DNA of 48,780 nucleotides from a virus (lineage: Duplodnaviria; Caudoviricetes). The DNA lies in the IMG/VR virus record IMGVR_UViG_3300044468_000005, positions 1 to 48,780 of that record; one strand, 5' to 3'. A model generated the notes under the pieces. That model had not been told where the DNA came from. It did no database searches and worked only from the letters and a program-made list of their open reading frames with translations. This document shows, piece by piece, positions 28,026-35,089 of the stretch; position 1 is the stretch's first letter, and the number at the start of each line of letters is the position of its first letter. Position numbers and translations under genes: made by a program.

Positions 28026-28062
28026 TAGACACTTGACGTCTACTCGTAGTTTGCATCATGGT
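28026..28062 (+). promoter_or_regulatory. Promoter of the RAMP/array operon, overlapped by a repressor-type operator
   Basis: TAGACA-cttga-CGTCTA (28026-28042) overlaps TTGACG(28033)-18-CATGGT(28057); ATG follows 7 nt later. Confidence 0.65.
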
Positions 28063-28069
28063 TCGCCAC

Positions 28070-28564
28070 ATGGGGGGAGACGTGCATACACACGCCGAAA
28101 TCGACCGTGCACTGAAGTTGGAGCAGTGGGGCCCCGGGCCATGGGTAGACGAGTGCGACCGGGCAGAATGGCGCTGCGAAGGCATCTTGTGTGTTCTGCG
28201 CCGTGACCAGAAGCTCGGCAGTTGGCGCGGCTTCGTTGGTGTCCCAGTGGGGCACCCGTGGCATGGGGTGGTGTCCCCAGCTGGGGTCACTGTCCATGGG
28301 GGCCTCATCTATGCTGCGCCCACTTGCGGCTCGTGCGCTGAGCGCCGTCCTGAGATGGCGCGCTTCTGGTGGCTGGGCTTCGACTGTGGCCACTGCTGGG
28401 ACTACCAGCCGGGGCTCGTGGCGCGCTTGGCGCGCCGATGCGGCCTAGGTCTGCACGAGTCGCGCATCGTGCATGAGGAGTTCGAGACGTATCGCACGCT
28501 GGACTACGCGCGCGAACAGGCTGAAGCGCTGGCGCGGCAGATCGTGCGCGCTGGCTGCTCATGA
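28070..28564 (+). CDS. Conserved phage hypothetical protein (GPW..E...HPWHG...VHGGL...WWLGFDCxH type)
   Basis: Motif recognition; first gene of the island operon. Confidence 0.75.
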   Translation: MGGDVHTHAEIDRALKLEQWGPGPWVDECDRAEWRCEGILCVLRRDQKLGSWRGFVGVPVGHPWHGVVSPAGVTVHGGLIYAAPTCGSCAERRPEMARFWWLGFDCGHCWDYQPGLVARLARRCGLGLHESRIVHEEFETYRTLDYAREQAEALARQIVRAGCS

Positions 28565-28576
28565 AAGGGGGCACAG

Positions 28577-29146
28577 GTGGATTCATTCGACGATGACGAG
28601 ATGCCATTTGTGGGGCCTGTGGTGCTAGGGCTTGCCACGCTCGACGGTTTTCGCACAGAGCGCGGTTGTCGGTCGCTGTTGCGCTACGTGGAAAATGCTG
28701 TGACGGACACCTTTCTCGAGGATGGCGGGCTGCAGCTCAGCTTCTTCGTATTCACGCGTCGTCAGCCCGTCTCGGGCGAGCCTCTCGATGGTGAATGCCT
28801 TGGCCCGGGCATGCGTGCGTTGCTGAAGCGCGAAATTGGTGTGCTCAGTCAGATATCGCTGCGCCCTGGTGTCGCATACACGGCGAACAACGAAGCGCTA
28901 CTTCATGCTGCGGTCGGCGTGGCATGCGAGCAAGGCCAGGCGGCAGCCGTCATCATGTCGTCTCCAGTCACGTCGAAAACGCCGGAGCAGAGCCCGCGGC
29001 GTGGCCTGTATTTGTGCCTGGAGACTGAGCGTATCGTCATAGGGCGCATGGCCCCTGTATCTGACGATGAGCAGCTCGGCGCCTGGGACGACGCCCCTGC
29101 AGCGCTCGGCGATTTCATCCCTCCTATGCCCATGGGGACAGCATGA
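28577..29146 (+). CDS. Hypothetical protein
   Basis: 189-aa ORF with AAGGGGG RBS. Confidence 0.65.
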   Translation: MDSFDDDEMPFVGPVVLGLATLDGFRTERGCRSLLRYVENAVTDTFLEDGGLQLSFFVFTRRQPVSGEPLDGECLGPGMRALLKREIGVLSQISLRPGVAYTANNEALLHAAVGVACEQGQAAAVIMSSPVTSKTPEQSPRRGLYLCLETERIVIGRMAPVSDDEQLGAWDDAPAALGDFIPPMPMGTA

Positions 29147-29403
29147 CGACGATCGAAGAGCGTGACGAGCGCCTGCGCGCAGCGCTGCGGGCCAACATGC
29201 GCATGGCTGTCATGCACGTCGAGCTCGTGGCGCGCATGCGTGAGAGCTCGAACCAGTTGCTAGGGCTATTGAATCACCCGCACATGGCGCCGCAACTGGC
29301 AGAGCACCTAACGTGCATTGCGCTGCGCCTGGCGGATGGGGCTGTCGATGCTGCCGAAGAGGCAGCGCGTGTTACGTCGACTATGAGTAAGGGGGATGCA
29401 TGA
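29143..29403 (+). CDS. Small helical hypothetical protein
   Basis: ATGA overlaps at both ends. Confidence 0.65.
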   Translation: MTTIEERDERLRAALRANMRMAVMHVELVARMRESSNQLLGLLNHPHMAPQLAEHLTCIALRLADGAVDAAEEAARVTSTMSKGDA

Positions 29404-30098
29404 AGGCCGTCGATATCATCACTGCGGATAAGAAGGCAGCGGACAGTCGCAAGCTGATCTTCGAGAAACCAGACATCCGCGTTGCGTCGTTCGCGATCAC
29501 TGGCAATGCGCCCTACGTGCAAAACCGGTTCGCGAATAAGGCCGAGATCATGGCCAAGCAGAGCGCCGGCAGCACGGCAAACAAGGGCACGAAGAAAGAG
29601 GCGAAGGACTTCGACGAGTGCTACCTGCGCGCTCAGCATCGCAGCACCGAGGGCTGGATCGGCATTCCTGCGGGGTCGTTTCGCGCAGGCATGATCAGCG
29701 CATGCAGGCTCGTCGGGTTCAAGATGACGCTAGCAAAGTTGAGCGTCTTCGTTGAATGCGACGGCTATGACGTCGACGGCAATCCGCTCATCAAGCTCGA
29801 GGGCGAGCCTGAAATGCATACAGCATACGTGCGCAATGATACGGGTGTGATCGACATTCGCGCCCGGCCCATGTTCAAGCAGTGGTCATGCGTGCTGCGC
29901 GTTCGCTATGACGCGCATCAGTTCACCGTGCAAGACATCGCGAATCTGCTCGCGCGCGTTGGCGCGCAGGTCGGCATTGGTGAAGGCAGACCAGATTCAA
30001 AAGACAGCGCTGGCATGGGCTGGGGCACGTTCGAGGTCATGCTATGCCCAGCTGAGGAGCCTGCGCTGATAGACTTACCGCGAAAGCGGCCATCATGA
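29400..30098 (+). CDS. Stand-alone RAMP/Cas7-like RNA-binding protein (putative Vipr-type effector)
   Basis: ITGNAPYVQN first strand, IPAGSFRAGMISA (compare IPGSSxKG), C-terminal Gly-rich loop GIGEGRP...GMGWGTFEV; directly followed by the GGY-NN array. Confidence 0.8.
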   Translation: MKAVDIITADKKAADSRKLIFEKPDIRVASFAITGNAPYVQNRFANKAEIMAKQSAGSTANKGTKKEAKDFDECYLRAQHRSTEGWIGIPAGSFRAGMISACRLVGFKMTLAKLSVFVECDGYDVDGNPLIKLEGEPEMHTAYVRNDTGVIDIRARPMFKQWSCVLRVRYDAHQFTVQDIANLLARVGAQVGIGEGRPDSKDSAGMGWGTFEVMLCPAEEPALIDLPRKRPS

Positions 30099-30104
30099 GG
30101 CTCA

Positions 30105-30804
30105 GGTGCGGCGAGGCAATGCGGTCAAGGCATGGCCAGGCGCGCTCTCGCTGAGCGCGGCTCGGCAAGGCAGCGCAGGCGTGGCGGGGATAGGCTGGGC
30201 TCGGATATGGCCAGGCACGGCAGGCGAGGCTCGGCGAGGCTGGGAACGGCAAGGCTCGGCAGGCGAGGCTGGGCATGCGTAGGTAAGGCGTGGCGAGGCA
30301 GCGCAGGCATGGCGCGGCGGCGCGGGGTGCAGCAGCGCAGGGCAAGGCATGGCAGGCAAGGCAAGGCTAGGGCTGGTTAGGCGCGGCAGGGCGAAGCGCG
30401 GCAGGCAAGGCAAGGCTCGGCTGCGCATGGCACGTCAAGGCGCGCATCGGCAGGGCATGGCAGGCGAGGCCTGGACAGGCGGAGCGAGGATTGGCGCGAC
30501 ACGGCTGGGTGCGGCTCGGCAGGCGAGGCTAGGATTGGCGCAGCGGGGCACGGTTCGGCAAGGCAGGCGGCGCTGGGCAGGGCTTGGTGCGGCATGGACG
30601 GTAAGGCAAGGCATGGCGGGCGAGGCGTGGCTTGGTACGGCCGGGCGGGGTCTGCATGGCGCGGCAGGCCTGGCTGGGCGGGGCACGGTTCGACGTCACG
30701 GAGCGGGGCACGGCGCGGCAGGCATGGCGGGGCGCCGAACGGCCAGGGGAGGCAGAGTGCGGCAAGGCACGGCAGGCATGGCGGGGTGTGGCACGGCTCG
30801 GTCT
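30105..30804 (+). ncRNA. GGY-NN pentamer array 1 (about 13-14 guide-like units separated by GGCA-type tetramers)
   Basis: Near-strict 5-nt phase of GG(C/T)NN; phase reset by 4-mers at 30174, 30219, 30258, 30302, 30351, 30400, 30459, 30518, 30562, 30615, 30663, 30717 and 30771. Confidence 0.8.
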
Positions 30805-30953
30805 CCGACGTGCTGCGCTTCGCGCTGGCGCGCGGCCTGGCTGCTCTCGAGGCCGACGCCGCCCCGAAGGCGCGCCGCACGCGCGCAGGCGCATCCCGAC
30901 GACGATGACGAGCCGAGGACGTGTACGGAACAGGGCAGGGGAGGAGAAGGGCG

Positions 30954-31211
30954 ATGGGCGAAGCGAGACTGTTAGTGCACATGACCGAGGACGACCTGCG
31001 CGCCGTCGTACGCGACGAGATGGAGCGGGCCGCTGCCAATAACCAGCCTGAGCAGCTCACGGTGGACGAGGCCGCGAAGTACATGCGGCGCAGCACGAAG
31101 ACAATCCGGCGCTACCTCGCCGTGGGGCGGCTGCGCGGCGCGCGCATCGCTGGCGGACAGGTGCTAGTTGAGCGCGCGTCGATCGACAGGCTGCTGCAGA
31201 AGGCCGGCTGA
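30954..31211 (+). CDS. Excisionase-like HTH protein between the two arrays
   Basis: LTVDEAAKYMRRSTKTIRRYLAVGRL; GAGGAG RBS; similar to 3994-4311. Confidence 0.8.
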   Translation: MGEARLLVHMTEDDLRAVVRDEMERAAANNQPEQLTVDEAAKYMRRSTKTIRRYLAVGRLRGARIAGGQVLVERASIDRLLQKAG

Positions 31212-31287
31212 CTTGCTCTTCCCTTCGAGCGTCGCCAGCACCTCTTCAGCAAGCTCCTCGATGCCCATGGCGGCCTCGAGCGTCTTG

Positions 31288-31536
31288 GGCATGGCTTGGT
31301 TGGGCGCGGCTCGGCAAGGCACGACAGGCAAGGCTGGGCCAGGCAAGGTGGGGCGACGCATGGCAGCGCAGGCAAGGCGTGGTGAGCGAACGCTAGGCCT
31401 GGTGAGGCATGGCAGGCGAGGCATGGCAGGCACGGCTGGGCTGGGCCAGGTAGAGCGAGGCTCGCACCGGCAAGGCATGGCGGGCGAGGCGTGGCTTGGT
31501 ACGGCTAGGATTGGCGCAGCGAAGCGCGGCAGGTTC
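31288..31536 (+). ncRNA. GGY-NN pentamer array 2 (about 6 units)
   Basis: Same grammar as array 1; tetramers at 31323, 31367, 31411, 31425, 31479 and 31528. Confidence 0.78.
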
Positions 31537-31729
31537 AGTTGTCGCTCGCCGCCCGACGCTCGAGCAGCCACGCCTCGACGTCCCGGCGTGCATAACGTTT
31601 CCTATGCCCCAACCTAGTAGCAATGGGCCCTTCCCCATTTCGGCACCACACGTAGAACGTCTTGACGTGCACGCGCAGCACGGCCGCGACCTCTTGCGAC
31701 GTCAGTAGCTCTTCGCCCCGTGTCAGCAT
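31535..31729 (-). CDS. Excisionase/AlpA-like HTH protein
   Basis: LLTSQEVAAVLRVHVKTFYVW...GP...RYARRDVEAWL. Confidence 0.8.
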   Translation of the reverse strand: MLTRGEELLTSQEVAAVLRVHVKTFYVWCRNGEGPIATRLGHRKRYARRDVEAWLLERRAASDN

Positions 31730-31796
31730 TCCCGCCCGCTCCCTGCTCGGGTGTGACGCTACCATGACCCGCAGCATGACATGCATGTCAATACAG

Positions 31797-31831
31797 TTGA
31801 CAGATAGCCTGGGCGCGTCTATATTCTAGAC
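31797..31831 (+). promoter_or_regulatory. Leaderless promoter of hicAB
   Basis: TTGACA-17-TATATT-6-ATG; palindrome TGACATGCATGTCA immediately upstream. Confidence 0.75.
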
Positions 31832-32038
31832 ATGACTGCGGACGAGATTGCCCGGATCCTGCAGCGCCGCGGATGCACGTGGCGCCAGGGCAAGGGTTCG
31901 CACCGGTTCTACATGTGCGGCGACTGCTGCACGACGGTGCTGGCGATGCATCGGGGCGATATCCCACGCGGAACGCTGCGCAGCATCGTGCGCGATCTAG
32001 AGCCGTGCCTGGGTCGAGATTGGCACAAGGAGGAGTGA
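31832..32038 (+). CDS. hicA: HicA toxin (mRNA interferase)
   Basis: RQGKGSH...H.GDIPRGTLRSI. Confidence 0.9.
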   Translation: MTADEIARILQRRGCTWRQGKGSHRFYMCGDCCTTVLAMHRGDIPRGTLRSIVRDLEPCLGRDWHKEE

Positions 32039-32040
32039 CG

Positions 32041-32427
32041 ATGGAGTACCGAGTGGTTTACACGCCGGAGGCAGATGGGCGATGGAATGCTGAGATCCCA
32101 CCTGGCCCGGGACACTGCGCGACGTGGGGCAGATCCCTGCGCGAGGCGCGCGCCCACATTCGCGATGCTCTCGCGACAGCTCTAGGTGATGACAAAGCGG
32201 GCGATGAGGCAGTGCTGCTCGAGGAGTTCAGGCTCCCGGAAGCCAAGCGCCTGAAAGGCCTCAGGGCTCGTCGCGAGAAGGTCGAGCAGAGCGTGCAAGA
32301 GCTCGCCTCAGAGACTGCTGACATCGCCCGCAAACTGCGCGCCGAAGGCTTTAGCCTGCGTGACATCGCTGAGCTCGTCGGCACGAGCCACCAGCGCGTT
32401 CAGCAGTGGGTCGCATCAGGTCGCTAA
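32041..32427 (+). CDS. hicB: HicB antitoxin with C-terminal HTH
   Basis: W.AEIP...CATWGRSLREA...DAL; C-terminal GFSLRDIAELVGTSHQRVQQ. Confidence 0.88.
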   Translation: MEYRVVYTPEADGRWNAEIPPGPGHCATWGRSLREARAHIRDALATALGDDKAGDEAVLLEEFRLPEAKRLKGLRARREKVEQSVQELASETADIARKLRAEGFSLRDIAELVGTSHQRVQQWVASGR

Positions 32428-32468
32428 CGCGCTTGTGCTGCGCTACCACGCTGCGCTAGGGTGCAGCC

Positions 32469-32730
32469 TGCGTCGGAGTTCGCCACTAGCTACGGCGCTC
32501 CTCCTATCTGAGACAGACGAGCAGCTCGAGGGCTTCGGCTCCCGAGCCGTTCGCCTTGTGCGCGCCTGCTGCGTGTCGTAGCGTCCCGAGCACTATTGGT
32601 ACTGTAACCCCAGGCATGGGGTGACCCCCAATCGTGAACAGGCTAGCGGCTCGGCAATGGTGCCGGGCCGCTTGTCTATCAGGGCCAGCCTCACGTGGTG
32701 AGCCGGCACACCAGCCTGTCGTGTCGTGCA
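32469..32730 (+). ncRNA. Unassigned structured non-coding RNA (multi-hairpin)
   Basis: Stems 32489-98/32573-82, 32646-56/32661-71 and 32638-44/32713-19, plus a cUUCGg hairpin at 32533; G-U pairs favour the + strand; possible promoter TTGTGC-18-TAGGGT at 32433-32462. Confidence 0.6.
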
Positions 32731-32739
32731 TATTTACGC

Positions 32740-32774
32740 TAGCGTATTAGGCGCGCAGGGTGCATGATGATCTT
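32740..32774 (+). promoter_or_regulatory. Leaderless promoter with TACGCTAGCGTA palindrome
   Basis: TAGCGT-17-CATGAT-6-ATG(32775). Confidence 0.55.
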
Positions 32775-33068
32775 ATGACCGTCGCCGACAAGAGCTTTGG
32801 AGCCAAACAGATCGCCGAACGCGGCCGCAGCCTTTGCTGCGTGTACCAGCTTGTTGGCACGCACGAGACGCGAGAGTCGCACGAAGCGTTCGCGCAGCTC
32901 TGCAAGAGTCAGAAGCTGCGCTGGGATCCCGATGCCAGGAACTGGTATTTCGACCTCACCGGCGCCGAAACAGCGTACGGCAGGGCTTTCTCAGATGCGG
33001 ACAAGGAGCGCTGCAAAGCGTTTTGCGCAGCAGCGAAGGCTGCTGGCTTTGACGTGGAGATTTTTTGA
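32775..33068 (+). CDS. Hypothetical protein
   Basis: Predicted leaderless start; LRWDPDARNWY motif. Confidence 0.65.
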   Translation: MTVADKSFGAKQIAERGRSLCCVYQLVGTHETRESHEAFAQLCKSQKLRWDPDARNWYFDLTGAETAYGRAFSDADKERCKAFCAAAKAAGFDVEIF

Positions 33069-33382
33069 AAATGAGACGCGAAGGCAACAAGCTGATCGGC
33101 GTGCAAGACGGCAACGGCTACCGGTACTACTGCGGTGACGTGTCCGCGCTCAATGATGAACGCGAGCGCATCATCTTCGAGATCCGGACTGATCGCCAAG
33201 TCAGCCAGGATGAGTATCAGGTGATTGCAGGGCGTGCACGCGAATATGCAGAGACCATCGTGAGCTTGCAAGACCCGGCAGCTCTTCGCTGGCACCTGTC
33301 GGTATGGACGAATGCTGAGTGCTTCGCCTTCGCCGGTGGTCATCGCTTCTCATGGTCGGGCGAGCGCCTTGAGGACGCGTGA
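33065..33382 (+). CDS. Hypothetical protein
   Basis: ORF within the operon. Confidence 0.6.
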   Translation: MKMRREGNKLIGVQDGNGYRYYCGDVSALNDERERIIFEIRTDRQVSQDEYQVIAGRAREYAETIVSLQDPAALRWHLSVWTNAECFAFAGGHRFSWSGERLEDA

Positions 33383-33615
33383 TGCCTCCCCGGTGCAAGC
33401 GCAGACCAGGCCGCCCACAGCGCTCGCCAGGCGAGCCGACAACTACGCTAGGCCTACGCCTCACCCAGGCCGAGCGGGCGCGCCTGGAGGCGCTGGCGAA
33501 GCTCTGGGGCTGCTCGCATCCAGACGCAGCGAGGCGCGCGATTGAGCAGGCCAGCGAAGCGCGCTGGCCTTCAGCTGTCCCAGTCGATCAGCTCGCCAAC
33601 CTCGAGCGAGGATAG
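33379..33615 (+). CDS. AT-hook plus ribbon-helix-helix regulator
   Basis: KRRPGRP...LGLRLTQAERARLEALAKLWGCSHPDAARRAI. Confidence 0.72.
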   Translation: MMPPRCKRRPGRPQRSPGEPTTTLGLRLTQAERARLEALAKLWGCSHPDAARRAIEQASEARWPSAVPVDQLANLERG

Positions 33616-33798
33616 CCCGACGCTGAGACTCCAGGTCGCGCCATCTTCTGCGAGCACGACCGTCGAGTAGCTGCCATCGCCCGCCGCCTGGATGGTTTTC
33701 ACCAAAGCCTTCGGCACGCGATGCGCTGCGTCGATCGGTAGTGGCTTGCCCATCGCATCCGCTGCCGGTAACGCTACGTATCCTTCTTTCGTTGCCAT
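33571..33798 (-). CDS. Hypothetical protein
   Basis: GGAGG RBS before ATG 33798. Confidence 0.55.
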   Translation of the reverse strand: MATKEGYVALPAADAMGKPLPIDAAHRVPKALVKTIQAAGDGSYSTVVLAEDGATWSLSVGLSSLEVGELIDWDS

Positions 33799-33829
33799 GC
33801 GAACACCTCCGGCAGCGCAGCATAGACGA

Positions 33830-34477
33830 TCACGGCTCGTCTGGGTTATCGGCGCACTGATTGTTTTGTGTCTGCAGGAACACCTCGGTGAACTCGCCCT
33901 CGGTGAATGGCAGGCACTCTGGGTCGCCCGTCGAGACCTCCTCGAACTTGTTATCACATGCGACCTGGAAGTTTACGCCGCACGCATCGGTTGCGAGACG
34001 CGTGAATAGGTCCCCTAGTCCGAGGCCATCGAGCGCGATCGACAGCGCGCAATAAAGGTGGGCGGAAACCTCCCCGATGAACTCGCCATCGAGGATGCAC
34101 GCATCGATGCATTGCTCCTGCAGGTCGGCGATGCGCTTCAACAGGCCGGCGATCTGCCCAAGTACGTGGCATTTCACCGCCTGGCTGGGGGATGCCGGAA
34201 GCTCTGCCTCTGCATCCTCCGCAGCAGCCTGGATGATCGCCTGCAGGTGATCGATTCGGGGCTGGTCGTGACAGAGGTCTGTCGGGTCATTGGGCGCCAA
34301 GCGGGCGATGGCCTGACCTGCTAAGTTGCGCCCCTTCAGCGCGCCGAGATTGAAAAACCGCGCATTGCGCGGCGCAGCGCACTCTGACGGCACCGGCTGC
34401 GCACTGGCCGTCGCGGGCGTGAATCCGGCGCACACTGCCACAACTAGGACTGCTAAGAGCGATAACGCGTTTCGCAT
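33830..34477 (-). CDS. Secreted cysteine-rich protein
   Basis: Signal peptide MRNALSLLAVLVVAVCAGFTPATASA; 10 Cys in the mature part; AGGAGG RBS. Confidence 0.75.
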   Translation of the reverse strand: MRNALSLLAVLVVAVCAGFTPATASAQPVPSECAAPRNARFFNLGALKGRNLAGQAIARLAPNDPTDLCHDQPRIDHLQAIIQAAAEDAEAELPASPSQAVKCHVLGQIAGLLKRIADLQEQCIDACILDGEFIGEVSAHLYCALSIALDGLGLGDLFTRLATDACGVNFQVACDNKFEEVSTGDPECLPFTEGEFTEVFLQTQNNQCADNPDEP

Positions 34478-34535
34478 GATTCCCCTCCTGAGCGCGTGAG
34501 CATGCACGAGCCCCTGCCCAGTGTACGCGCAAAAC

Positions 34536-34901
34536 TCATGGTTCGTGCCGCAGGCGATGCTCGAGCCGCGTGAGCTTCACCTCGAGCTGCACGTCGAACT
34601 TCTTGCCGAGAATGTGCCGGGCTTGTGCCAGCATGATCAGCACGTCGGCACACTCACTCGCTAGCGCCTCGTCACCGATGCGCCCGCGCTCGTGCTGGTT
34701 CACTGCAGCGATGAGCTCGCCGCACTCCTCAGTGAGCATGCGCAGCTGGTGCTGCTCGCCCCAAAGGCGTACGGCTGCCTGGGCAGCGGCGCGAATGCGC
34801 TCCTGGCTGCGCTCGAGCTCAGCGATGCGCGCAACGAGCTCATCGATGCGCGCGATCAGCTCGCTACGCCCCTGAAGGGTAATGAAGCGCTCCTCAGTCA
34901 C
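34536..34901 (-). CDS. MazG-like nucleotide pyrophosphohydrolase
   Basis: QL.ML.EECGELI.A...ECADVLIML (ExxE...ExxD). Confidence 0.8.
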   Translation of the reverse strand: MTEERFITLQGRSELIARIDELVARIAELERSQERIRAAAQAAVRLWGEQHQLRMLTEECGELIAAVNQHERGRIGDEALASECADVLIMLAQARHILGKKFDVQLEVKLTRLEHRLRHEP

Positions 34902-35089
34902 AGACCAGGCTCGCCGACTTGCTGAATGCCCTGCTCGCGAATGTAGCGCACAAGGGCTTCACCATCAGCGTCAGGCAGCCCGAACAGAATCATGTGTATG
35001 TCGACGCGCTTAAGGTGCGTTGCATGCTGGTCAACGAACGCGATCGCGTCCGTCAAGTTACGCACCTCGCCGACTGTCATTTTGTCCAT
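34898..35089 (-). CDS. Small hypothetical protein (candidate immunity protein for the MuF peptidase)
   Basis: Overlaps the 3' end of the MuF gene. Confidence 0.5.
   Translation of the reverse strand: MDKMTVGEVRNLTDAIAFVDQHATHLKRVDIHMILFGLPDADGEALVRYIREQGIQQVGEPGL

Noticed and set aside
28017-28039. Gapped self-match of unit 30262 (GA-TG-AT-TA-AA-GT-GA-AG) to the operon's own promoter (GA-TG-AT-TA-AC-CT-GA-GT), 12 of 16 positions
   Set aside because: A rough binomial estimate gives a few 12/16 matches per unit by chance in a genome this size. The location is suggestive but not significant without a systematic search.
30037-31096. Many overlapping Arg/Gly/Ala- or Pro/Cys-rich ORFs across array 1 (and 31112-31638 across array 2)
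   Set aside because: They are translations of a 5-nt periodic, stop-poor repeat in several frames, with no RBS or domain signal.
30105-31536. Canonical CRISPR array or simple microsatellite
   Set aside because: There are no 23-47-nt identical repeats with unique spacers and no cas1/cas2. The NN positions are too diverse and the phase too well kept for slippage-derived satellite DNA.
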